From Octopus bimaculoides (lineage: Eukaryota), in NCBI RefSeq assembly GCF_001194135.2, contig NC_068982.1, positions 171,389,524 to 171,423,446 of the forward strand: a stretch of DNA of 33,923 bases. Reading direction: 5' to 3'. Shown one piece after another: positions 23,236 through 33,923 of the stretch (the first letter of the stretch is position 1; every line of letters begins with the position of its first letter). The notes under the pieces were generated by a model. That model was given only the letters and a program-made list of their open reading frames with translations, searched no databases and had not been told where the DNA came from. The position numbers were made by a program, and so were the translations under genes.

Positions 23236-24088
23236 CGTGGTCTGATCAATAAGTATCCACACTGCTGCCATAGTAACGACACTAAAGCACACAAAGTAAA
23301 GCCGATTGTTACATTAGGCTTTAACGTTCTAGCTTACTTCCACTGTTTACAGCAGTGCTTGGAAGAAAGGTGTGTAGTGTGTGATCGTCGCATTGACCAT
23401 GATAAAGTTGTCATGGCGATACCTGTTCAAAGGCCTGCACAAAGTTGCGGAAAGTGTATAGAGAGGAATGTATGAGCCGCACGCAGTGTACGAGTTGTTC
23501 ACACGTTTCCAAGATGACTGAAAAAATGTCGATATTGACGAACGTTCTGGGAGACCCGTCAGAAGAACTGAGAAAAACATTGTAGATTTGCTTGCAGCTG
23601 TAAGGAGAAATCATGAAATCACCATCCATGAATTATCAGAGGATATGCAGATTAGTTGTGATTCAGTTCAGTCCATTATCACTGAAGATTTGCGTATGAG
23701 ACGCGTGTCTGTCAAGTTTGTGCCAAAACTGCATTCAGCTGATCAAAATGACACTCGGGTTTCAGTTGCACAAATCTCCTTGAATGTGTCGATAACTATG
23801 ATAACTTTTTAAAAACTTTGCAGAGAAGCCTCTGAGCAGGTGTCGCCAAGCTTTTGACAAAATTTGATGCAGGTTCTCTGCTCAACTTTCTCTGTCATGG
23901 TCAATGAGACGATCAAACGCTATACACATTCCAAGCACTGTTGTAAATAGCGGAAGTGAGCTAGAATGTTAAGACTTAGTGCACATGCTCAACAGAGTTC
24001 AAGATTAATCTGTGCCAAGCGGCTTCACTCTGCATACTTTAGCTTCGCTAAAATGGCAACAGTCCGGATACTTTTTGATCAGATTACG
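23236..24088 (+). mobile_element. Non-autonomous mariner derivative with long inverted arms (5' end duplicated in inverted orientation)
   Basis: The ends CGTGGTCTGATCAATAAGTATCC and GGATACTTTTTGATCAGATTACG|TA form a TIR pair with a right-hand TA. 23813-24088 is an inverted copy of 23236-23446. Confidence 0.9.
23399..23812 (+). pseudogene. Mariner transposase N-terminal (HTH) remnant
   Basis: Translates ..GDTCSKACTKLRKVYREECMSRTQ / YELFTRFQDD*KNVDIDERSGRP...HEITIHELSEDMQISCDSVQSIITEDLRMRRVSVKFVPKL (WVPHEL-equivalent). The right arm encodes MTEKVEQRTCIKFCQKLGDTCSE on the minus strand. Confidence 0.9.
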
Positions 24089-24399
24089 TAAAATGACCTG
24101 TAAAATGTTTGAGGGAAAAAGCACGTCTTGTTTCAAAATTTGATAACCAAAGTGTTTTAAACTATTTGTCCTCGGAACAATCGAAGTGTACTTCACAAAA
24201 CTTCGACTTTGGATTCTTCCTAAAATGCCCCACAAAGCGTCGGAACTTTTTAAAACTTTTGAGTAGTTTCCTGGTGTTCCTTGTATCGTCGTTCTATTTA
24301 CCGATGTTTCCGGAAGGAATTTATATATTTTCGCTCCATTCGGCCTTTTGTATCGTTTTGATTAGTAAAAAGAGAAAGAAAAATCATTGTCTTTGTAAT

Positions 24400-25560
24400 T
24401 TCAGTCTCATTCGCTCATCTCTCTTTCCTTTATTAACTATTACTTTTGATTTATATCTTTACGTTATTTCAGCATTTCTCTGACCTTTCTCTCCCATTTT
24501 TTCTGTCTTGGTAAAACATTTCTTTTATTTTATCCAAGATCTTCCTGCATTTCTTTTTCGATATTTCTCTTTTTCTTCACTTGTTCTATTCATTGTTTTT
24601 TTTTTTTTTTACTTTTACACTATATCCACTTTCTTCTTTGTTATGTTTCTTTTTTGTCCTTTTCTTTTTTTTCTGTATGTGCCAACTCATCTCATTTTCT
24701 CCTTGCTGCCCGTTATCATTTCTCTTTTTCTTATCTTAATTCTTATTTCATTGCATATTTTTTGCACTATCCTTTCCTCCTGATCCCTCTCCTATATACT
24801 TTTAATTTCTTCTAGCTTCTCATATAGTTCCCTAGCGTTATATTATATAATTTTCTCTGTCTTCTTCCTTTCATTTTTTTGTATTCACTTTTCATTCCCA
24901 ATTTTCTATTTTTATTTCAATGTTCAACTATATCATCTTATTCTTCCTTCTTTGTCCTTTCTTTTATCTGTATTCATCCTTCTTTCGAGTCTCTTCATAC
25001 AATTCTCAGGTCATACTCTTCCTATTCTTTTAATTTAATTTAATTCTCTATTTCAGTTTTCTTGTCTTCCCTTCAACGTTCATCGTTTACTTACAATCAT
25101 CAGCTTATATATTTCTAACCATATATCATTTCGACTAATTTCTTCTCTGTTTATCTTTTTGCAATTCCTCTTTTCTCTTGTATAGCAACCAGCCATTTCT
25201 TCTAATTTCAACTCTTTGTATTCAGGATTTTTCTATATTTTTGATGGTTTTTCTGTCTTTTATCTCTCTCTCATCATATTTATTTCATATCTTCCCATCG
25301 CTGTTTTTACCCATATATTTCATGTTTCACTTTACACTTCACCTTATTCCTATTAATTGAACACTATGGAATTCTAGTTTCAACAGTAGGTCAATAGAAC
25401 TTTATTTATGTAGCATTTATAAACAAACACATATTTTTCTTCTATATTATCTCCCATGTCTTTCATTCAATTTATTTATTTCTGCTTCTTCCCTATTTTT
25501 TTAAATTCATACTCTTACATTTTCCTTAATTTTCACTTTCTCTTTATAGATATTCCTTTG
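24400..25560. repeat. ~1.1 kb T/C-rich low-complexity tract
   Basis: Strong pyrimidine skew; the F/L/S-rich ORFs here are compositional artefacts. Confidence 0.8.
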
Positions 25561-25874
25561 GAGTGTCTTAGTTAATGTACTTTGTTGATGTGTTGGATTT
25601 AAAACTAATACATTTGATTTTCATTCGATAATCAGCTAAAAATAAAATGAGACATTAACAAACATGTGGTCAACAATTAAATGAAAACAGAAGATTAAGA
25701 GATGGCTATAGAGATTACCTCATTCAATTAATTGACAGCGAAACGTAGCCGACCGTTCAACTGAATGTATAAACAGATACATGTGTTTTGTGTGCGTATG
25801 CGCGCGCACAAAAAGTAAAATAAATCATAAAGGAATGTTTAATGTTTATAAGATATTTAGTTTTCCCTTCATAC

Positions 25875-25971
25875 ACACGCAGATGCTCACACACACACGA
25901 CCACACACACATACATACACACATACATACATACATACATACATACACACACACATGCATGCATACATACA

Positions 25972-26007
<36 letters not shown>

Positions 26008-26008
26008 T
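25875..26008. repeat. (CA)n/(CATA)n microsatellite
   Basis: Direct reading. Confidence 0.95.
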
Positions 26009-26010
26009 GT

Positions 26011-26400
26011 GGAGATGCAATGGCCCAGTGGTTAGGGCAGCGTACTCGCTATCAAAGAATCACGGTTTCGATTCCCAGACCGGGCGTTGTGAGTGTTTAT
26101 TGAGCGAAAACACCTAAAGCTCCACGAGGTTCCGGCAGGGATTGGTGGCGAACCCTGCTGTATTCTTTCACCACAAATTTCTCTCACACATTCTTCCTGT
26201 TTTTGTTGTACCTGTATTTCAAAGGCCGTTCTTGTCACACATTTCGTCACGCTGAATCTCCTCGAGAACTACGTTAAGGGTACACGTGTCTGTGGAGTGC
26301 TCAGCCACTTGCACGTTAATTTCGTTAATTTCACGAGCAGGCTGTTCCGTTGATCGGTTCAACTGGAACCCTTGTTGTTGTAACCGACGGAGTGCTACGA
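26011..26400 (+). mobile_element. ~390-bp tRNA-derived SINE, apparently near full length
   Basis: A-box-like TGGCCCAGTGG at 26021 and B-box-like GGTTTCGATTCC at 26064, followed by a non-tRNA body with a small cgttaattt duplication near 26314. Family not assignable without a library. Confidence 0.8.
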
Positions 26401-26408
26401 AATATATA

Positions 26409-26657
26409 NNNNNNNNNNNNNNNNNNNNNNNNNNNNNNNNNNNNNNNNNNNNNNNNNNNNNNNNNNNNNNNNNNNNNNNNNNNNNNNNNNNNNNNNNNNN
26501 NNNNNNNNNNNNNNNNNNNNNNNNNNNNNNNNNNNNNNNNNNNNNNNNNNNNNNNNNNNNNNNNNNNNNNNNNNNNNNNNNNNNNNNNNNNNNNNNNNNN
26601 NNNNNNNNNNNNNNNNNNNNNNNNNNNNNNNNNNNNNNNNNNNNNNNNNNNNNNNNN
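26409..26657. other. Assembly gap
   Basis: Run of N. Confidence 1.
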
Positions 26658-26840
26658 CGTAAGATGACCGGAAAATATTTTTCTGCTGTTTGTTGCGGTT
26701 ATTTATTTTCTGTGTTCAAATTCCAACAGGGTCGTCTTTGCCTTTTATCTGTGAGGTCGATATCATTAACTAACCCTTTCTGTTTACTTACCTTGTGCCT
26801 AAAGTAGAAACCCTTATTATTTAGTATAAATAGAATAATA

Positions 26841-27052
26841 CGACGAGCTGGCAAAATTTCTTAGAGTGTCGGAAAAAAAAATGCTGAGACATTTCTTCTG
26901 GTTCTTTATTTTCTGATCTCAAATCTTGCCGCGATCAACTTTACATATCATCCCTCCGATGTTGAAAAAATGAAACGCCAGTCAAGTACTGATTTCGACG
27001 GTTTCGATTAACTCACTTCTAAAATTATTGACTTGTCCCTCAGTTAGAAACC
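26841..27052 (+). mobile_element. Decayed ~200-bp tRNA-derived SINE
   Basis: Head cgagctggcaaaatttcttag, B-box-like ttctgatctcaaatc and tail ccagtcaagtactg...ttagaaa resemble a common octopus SINE (from recall). Related copies at 845-1035 and 22350-22650. Confidence 0.55.
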
Positions 27053-27716
27053 TATATAGCTAAACTGTATTTTATTTAAATTTCTTCTCATTTACACGTT
27101 TAGATTTAAACACATTCATTTCCCATCAGATATCCGTATCTCAATGATATTTACGTAAAGCCCAGGTTGGATATACATAAATACGGCACACAAAGGCATA
27201 AAAAAAGAACGTAGTTACATAGACAAATATAACCATACAGATAGAGCTGTTATATGGTCTCGTAAATAAACAGTAGCTCGAATACATGGGTATAAAGCCT
27301 AATAGATTCATAGACAAATATTTAATATAGCGTGTAAGCGGGTACGAGAGCGAAAGACTTCATCGGTAATTATAAATAGATAGATAAGCAGATACATAAA
27401 CACATAGAAATATACATCGATGTTTATAGTTAGGTGTGCAAACATAGATGTGACTTACTACGCATGTGTAAATGCATGTTCATGCATATGTGTATATGCA
27501 CATATATTTGCGTATGCGTATCTTAATGCGCATCCTTCAGTCTGTGATATAAGTATATAGGCATGTGTATGAGTATGTATATTATATTCATGTATTTGCA
27601 TGTCCATGAATATACATACATATTTACATATATATACATATATATACACATATATATATATATATTAGTGAATATATACATATATGAGGGTGCAGACATT
27701 ATACGTGTGTATGTAA

Positions 27717-27755
<39 letters not shown>

Positions 27756-28059
27756 TGCAGTTAAGATCAAACATTGTTTTATATGTGCAGAAAAAGTCAT
27801 TTCTTTTTAAAATCCTCTGAATTTTAAGCTATTTACTGTTTAAGAACTTTTTGTGTGTGTAGATATGTTATTAAAAATATAATCCAACTAAATAGGCCGT
27901 TATAAAATGTTTATCTGAACGTTTTGCGTTTTTGTTTTAACTGCGAACGTAATGAAATGTTTTTGAACGCAAGAGTATAAAATATTTACCTGATACCAAG
28001 TGAAAAGTGTTTTGCCGATTCCGTTGCTTTGAAGTAGAGAAAAGTTTGTTTATTGTACA

Positions 28060-28470
28060 AGCTGTGAAGAATAAGAAAGTAGGAAGAAATTTAGAGTGAC
28101 TAAGTTTGACACGAAAGAGTGTAGGAAAGGGGTAGGAAAATAGAGAATGAAAACAAATAAAACGAAATAAAAATGCAATGAAGCAAATGAGAAAAGAAAG
28201 AGGAAGAAAGAGAGAAACAAAGAAAACTGAGGTGAAAAGAAAAGGAAGGAAAGAAAGTAAGACAGAAAAATGGTAAAAGAAAGGAAAGAAAGAAAATTAA
28301 GAAAAATATTTATGATAAAATGTGAATGAATAGAAGTACAAAGAAAAAAGTGAAAAAGTTCAACAAAAGGAGGAAGGAATAAAGGTCTGGATTACAAGAG
28401 ATACGTGTGTGAGAGTGACACGCACACACAAACAAAAAGAAATAGCGAAGGTGGAGAAATATTATTTAGA
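28060..28470. repeat. A/G-rich low-complexity tract
   Basis: Direct reading. Confidence 0.8.
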
Positions 28471-28994
28471 ACTTAGTCAAAAACAAAAATGCAAGATTGT
28501 AATCATGACATGTTCGATTCCTACTTGACTGATAAGACGTCCACGTATTCATTCATTTCGAACATAGGAAGGTAGATGTATTGAAAGAAAAAACAAACAA
28601 ACAACATTAGTGTTGAGAGATGCCCGGCTGTTTGAAAATCGAGCTTGTTGAAAAAGGATTGAGTGAAAAGATGTGTGTAGACTAAGTTATAAGACTACAA
28701 TGTATGGATGATCTAAGATAGAGACTGATCATTGTGGTAGTGAATTGATCTGTTTTATGTGATATTTAGATATGTTGATTTATAAAACTAGTTGAAAATC
28801 CACCCGTGCCAGATTTGACATTCATAATTCTAAGGTTTAGTAAAATGTGCAACTTTGCATTCTGTTTTCATTTAAATATCATGAACATGTTAGACTGCCG
28901 CGCATTTCCTTTTATCGTTCGTGAATACGATAACAAGGTATTATTGATAATAGTTCTGTTATTATTGTCATAATCTGAAGTAGTGTATGTTTAA

Positions 28995-29290
28995 TGTTCG
29001 CTTTTGAAATCCAATTCATAATTAACGAACCACGAGGAATTTTATTTCCACCGATGGTGGGATGCTATTTCTTCATGCTCACAGTTTTTCTCCAAAGTTT
29101 GGAGGTTTTATACTGGAGTGTGCCTTCACAGTATTTTGAAATTTGAGTTTCCACTTCATTGTCGAGTGCCTTGAAATTGACTTCGTTCGAATTGGTTCTT
29201 AACCGTAACAGTTCTATTTTGAATTTTTCTAAGGTCATCTTCTCTCTGAGTCTTTGTTGGTTCATTTTATTCTTTTATTCTACTGCGGTC
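28995..29290 (-). pseudogene. Decayed coding fragment, tentatively the N-terminal region of a Penelope-like retroelement ORF
   Basis: Translates EKMTLEKFKIELLRLRTNSNEVNFKALDNEVETQISKYCEGTLQYKTSKLW, then frameshifted KNCEHEEIASHHRWK*NSSWFVNYELDF. Composition is protein-like; the family call rests on recalled similarity only. Confidence 0.3.
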
Positions 29291-29408
29291 ATGCTACATA
29301 CAAAAATACCCTAATCATGTTGCTGAAACTCTACCTAAGTAGACTTGGATCTAGGTTGGAAACCGACTCTTTCTTTGATGGCAAGAAATCTGGAAATAAA
29401 TTGAATGA

Positions 29409-29409
<1 letters not shown>

Positions 29410-29441
<32 letters not shown>

Positions 29442-29451
29442 NNNNNNNNNN

Positions 29452-29482
<31 letters not shown>
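29410..29482. repeat. (CA)n, 10-N gap (29442-29451), (TA)n
   Basis: Direct reading. Confidence 0.95.
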
Positions 29483-29487
<5 letters not shown>

Positions 29488-30140
29488 GCACACATACGAG
29501 TTATGCAGAAGTGTAGTGAGTGCTGCACAAAATAATTCGATGGCAAATAAAGAATATACGAAAACAAATGATGATAGAATTGGAACTTAGAATGTTTTAA
29601 TTTACATCACTTTAAAACTATTTTAGAATGATGTAAATACAAATATCCCATCAAAGTTACATTCTAATAAAGCCTACGTCTGTTTTTTAAAATTAATTTT
29701 CCATCATTTTCAAAAATAATTCAAAACTGAATGGTTGTCAACAAAAATATGGTAACCAAAGTTAAAGGGAGACAATTTTAAATATAACGGATATTTGATC
29801 CTTGTTGTTCGACACGTTTTTCCATGACATTATTGGCAGGGTTTTAAACATAATTTTTTTACAAAAGGGAATTTGAAAAATTACCACAAAACTAAGAGAA
29901 ACATCCGAAATGAACTAATGACTGTGAAAGTGAATACATACGTAGAGGCATGTTGGAGGCAACATAAAATAAATCGTTAATGTTTTGAAATATCTCAGTG
30001 AGTTAGACGTAGAGAAAAGAAACAAAAGACTAGTGACATTCGCTTGTTGATTCTTTAGTTAAGAACAAATTACACCACTTGTTTTCTCTCTCCTCCCTCA
30101 CTCTCTCTCTCTCTCTCTGACACACACACCCGTATGCTTG

Positions 30141-30236
<96 letters not shown>

Positions 30237-30252
30237 CACGCACACACATATT

Positions 30253-30417
30253 ACACGACAGGTTTCTTTCAGTTTCCATCTACCAAATCCATTCACAAGG
30301 CTTTGGTCGGCCCGAGGCAACAGCAGAAGACAATCGCCTAAGGTCCACGCAGTGGGACTGAACCCAGAACTATGTGGTTGGGAAGCATACTTCTTACCAC
30401 ACAACTACGTCTGCGCC
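30253..30417 (-). mobile_element. tRNA-derived SINE, 5' half
   Basis: The reverse complement has A-box-like tagttgtgtggtaag and B-box GGTTCAGTCCC; about 80% identical to 32707-32865. Confidence 0.85.
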
Positions 30418-31501
30418 AATCCATATATATTTATGTGCGTGTGCGTCTGTGTGTGTGTGCATGCGTGTGTGCGTACGTGTGTGTGTGTGTGTGTGTGTGC
30501 CCATGTGTGTGGTGCATACACACACACGTATCTAATATAATACATGCGAATGTCAGTGTGTCACACTTTTTCCACTTTATTCCTAAACGCCGTAGCCTAA
30601 CATATCATACCATTTTGGAATCAGGCCGACTCCGTGAGTAAAAACGTTCCACGCCGAATCAGGACCTGCAATCCTGAAATTTTGGACTCTCAAGTTTTTC
30701 ATTTCTGTGATTTTTTGTACGACGAAAATTTCTATAGCTGAACCAGGAAGACTTCACAGAAAATATAAGAAATGCAAATAGTGACCTCAGATGTATACCC
30801 CACCGACTGTGTTCCTTCATAAATTTCATAAATAATCCCTTAGTTCCTGTTGAGTGAGTGTATGTTATGATTTGTTGGAAAAAAATTTTCCGAGGAGTTC
30901 GGGATGAGAGTTGACATTTTCCGCTTCATGACTTTCAGGTAAATTGATATTTTTTAATGAAATTTTATAAAATACCTTTCAAACGGCATAGAACAACTGT
31001 CACAATGACGTTATCATATATCGCCGAAAACGAAAAGTTTTTCAGCGTATTCTCTCAGAGAATAGCTTCCTCAGAGAAGCTACCCTTCGTTTAACGCAGT
31101 ATATTTCTCTTGCCACTCAGCGTCATCAATGTCCTCTCTCTCTCTTTCCGCCTCCCACTCTTTCACTCCCTCTTACTCTATATTCGTTGCTGCTTTGCTT
31201 CTTACTTCAACTATGCATAACAAGTTGCATTTCCCTCTTTTACCGCTTCCTTTTAACTAAGTGTGACACACACCACAGATACATAATAGCATATTAGTAT
31301 AACATTTTTTATTACATGGAAATAAATTTAGGATTATTCGAAATAAATTGCAAAATCCAGTGAAAGTCACCATGAAATAGAATTAATTACTTGCATGAAA
31401 ATTAAGGAAATACGTATATCAAATTATCTTTAAATTAAGTGGTGGCAGAAAATTATCGTTGAACTTTTTAAATATAGGCTTAAATATTAATGTAATACTT
31501 A

Positions 31502-31710
31502 AATGCAGCGATCAAAGTTGCATCCACGAGAGCATCGAATGCTCTTACCAAGAGGATAGAAAGTGCATTAGAAACACCTGAACAAGCTGAATCTAGGAGA
31601 TCTTTCAGTGTATCCAATATGAGACGAGTAAGGGATTCAGAAACACTAGAGCAATCATAACCCAGGAGAGCTTCCAATGTTGTATAAGACTTAACTTAAA
31701 AGCCGCTCTA
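31502..31710 (+). pseudogene. STPR-like 23-aa repeat fragment (Helitron Rep/Hel N-terminal-like), with stops
   Basis: NAAIKVASTRASNALTKRIESAL / [23 protein letters not shown] / [14 protein letters not shown]. ETxEQ recurs at exactly 69 nt (31571, 31640), and R at unit position 10 plus RASN recur. Confidence 0.55.
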
Positions 31711-31729
31711 TCGGACGGCTTTGAAGCTA

Positions 31730-31915
31730 GTATGTATAATATATACACATACATATATGTAGATATATATATGTATATATATGTGTATACATACATATAT
31801 AAATATATATATATATATACATATACATCTATATATGTACGTATATATACATACGTCCATATACATGTATGTGTGAGTATATATATATATATATATATAT
31901 ATATTATGTATGTAT
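31730..31915. repeat. Degenerate (TA)n/(TACA)n array
   Basis: Direct reading. Confidence 0.9.
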
Positions 31916-32706
31916 CACAAAGCAGAATATATCCCGATGCAAATATCAGCTCACGTATTTCGCAAGATGCATAATACTTTAAATGTGCCATTGTAAATAT
32001 ATTATGCTTCAAAGCAATGGAAAAGGCAGATCGTTTTTAAAATAGGACTGTAAAACGAATATTGAATTATATATATATCATACATCACACTATTGTATTG
32101 ATTATATGCAACAAGAGATAAATTGCATCAACCTATGTGACGCAAAGAGAGAATCGACTACCTCGTGTCCCGTCACGAGTGAAAGATACAGAATGAGGAG
32201 GGGTGAGTGAAGGATATGGTGGAGGAAGCAGAGTGAAATTTCTTTGCGTATCTGAAATCTTTTGCTATTGCGTGGATATTAATCATAAAAAAAGCATCAA
32301 TTACACATTTTCCACTAAACATTGAGATTTTTCGAGTATGAAAGTGGCATAGCGTTGGTTTCTGCTATCCATATTAAATCAATGTAACGCAGAGTGTCGA
32401 GTAGTCATGTACCTAAAAACAAAATGCCATTCAACAAAGTTTTCTAGGTGCAACATACAAATTAAGGTATATACGAAAGACAGAAATTAATATGCGTCAT
32501 GATACAAATATTAGTTCATGTAAATTAGTATGCGCTTAATATTGGAAAAGGTGTTATTTTTAATGCATTGCGTTACAAATCCTTATACACAGAATTAAGG
32601 ATAAAATCAATTAATGATCGTAAGTAAAAAACCATATCGGTAAACATTAACGTAAATATATAATTATATAGATATAATTATAATTATGTCTATAAGGAAA
32701 ATATAT

Positions 32707-32870
32707 GTATAGTGGCTGTGTGGTAAGAAGCTTACTTCCCAACCACATGGTTTTCCTATTCAGTCCCACTACGTGGCAACTTGGGCCAGGGTCTTCTACT
32801 ATAGCCTCGAGCCGATCAAAGCCTTGTGAGTGGATTTGGTCGACGGAAACTAAAAGAATCCCGTCATATA

Positions 32871-32965
<95 letters not shown>

Positions 32966-33152
32966 ATGCCTCTGTGTGCCTGTGTTTGTCTCCACACCAT
33001 CGCTTGACACCTGATGTTAGTGTGTTTACGTCCCCGTAACCTGGCGGTTCGGCAAAAGATATCGACAGAATAAGTACTAGGCATACAAAGAATAAAGCAG
33101 TGCTCCAGCATGGCCGTAGTAAGATGTCTGAACAAGTTAAAGAATAAAAGAA
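32707..33152 (+). mobile_element. Full-length tRNA-derived SINE with internal (TA)n(TG)n microsatellite
   Basis: Head gtggctgtgtggtaagaagcttacttcccaaccacatgg...ttcagtcccact, a microsatellite at 32866-32965, and a 3' half ending gaataagtactagg...aagaataaaagaa. Resembles the tRNA-derived octopus SINE classes; family not assigned. Confidence 0.85.
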
Positions 33153-33301
33153 TTCAGCCATCCTAATGAAATGCCAAGCCAGTTACGGGTACTTTGTGTA
33201 TTTGGCCAATGTATTAATTTTCACGATCATGATATACGTTACCACTAACATTATGAATGCAATATAAATTCATATCCTTCCTTCATTTTAGAGGGAAAGA
33301 A

Positions 33302-33306
33302 CGAGA

Positions 33307-33350
<44 letters not shown>
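33302..33350. repeat. (AG)n microsatellite
   Basis: Direct reading. Confidence 0.95.
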
Positions 33351-33869
33351 GTAAAGGTGAGGGGACTAAGAAAGGAAGAAATAAGTATTCTATCTTCTCT
33401 CCCTTATATAAATCTCTTATAATATGTTGAAAACATTCCACTCCAGCAAAGGGGACTCGTAGCATTGTGTTAACGCTTTTTACTCAAACTATATACACGT
33501 AACTTATAAATGACCTTACATACAAACTTCCAAATATAAGCCTCTTACCAATACGTTTCTTAACTGCCGCCATACTTGAGCAAAGAAAAGAATCTAAAAG
33601 AGGTCACATGGTAATATTTACGGAAAAAGATAGCTTATTTAGCTGTAAATCAAAATATATAAGGATGCAATGACCAGATTATAATATGGAGAATGTACTC
33701 AGGACTACGAATGGCACTATTTAAAATATATTAAGTTCCCAAATTATACACATGTAAAAAACAGATCGATAAATGAACACTGCAGTGAAATGCATGTGTG
33801 TTTGAGTGAATGGTTGTATGTATAAATGTATTGTTTACATAACTATGTACACATACACACACACTCCGC

Positions 33870-33870
<1 letters not shown>

Positions 33871-33923
<53 letters not shown>
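33871..33923. repeat. (TA)n microsatellite
   Basis: Direct reading. Confidence 0.95.

Noticed and set aside
25700-25755. ggcta...gaaacgtagcc, resembling a PLE hammerhead 3' half
   Set aside because: No CUGANGA core and no clear stem II.
28508-28520. GTTCGATTCC B-box as a tRNA gene
   Set aside because: No A-box at the right spacing and no cloverleaf.
30560-31060. Possible non-autonomous DNA transposon interior
   Set aside because: I could not identify TIRs, a TSD or coding homology.
31021-31085. Minus-strand CTGAGGA-AGC-TATTCTC(TGA)GAGAATA-C-GCT-GAAA, a hammerhead-like core with a long stem II
   Set aside because: No stem I can form: TTCT upstream has no AGAA partner after the cleavage site. 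Better explained as two adjacent small hairpins around CTCAGA.
31480-31677. Minus-strand [14 protein letters not shown]... with an internal GTAAGA donor
   Set aside because: The opposite strand carries the 23-aa periodic STPR-like signal and this frame shows no recognisable motif. Not fully excluded without RNA data.

Overview
AT-rich eukaryotic non-coding DNA from a gapped short-read scaffold, with 8 N-gaps, most of them bordered by microsatellites. The microsatellite load and the SINE repertoire point to an octopus or other coleoid cephalopod (inference). I recognise no host protein-coding gene; most ORFs in the track are translated microsatellites or gaps. Supportable content is decayed mobile DNA: a Tc1 DD34E transposase remnant, an R4/Dong-type LINE 3' end, a 5'-truncated Tx1/L1-clade LINE, a fold-back mariner derivative, several tRNA-derived SINEs, probable Penelope-like remnants, and a 23-aa-period STPR-like repeat fragment (Helitron-like). 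The most interesting signal is a group of type-I hammerhead-ribozyme-like motifs within about 4 kb (15.2-19.2 kb). They come from three apparently unrelated repeats, include a divergent inverted pair, and all three that extend through helix III have it minimal and palindromic or near-palindromic. Every copy deviates from consensus or is cut by a gap, so activity is unproven. Several long inverted repeats could form dsRNA, which is relevant to cephalopod A-to-I editing.
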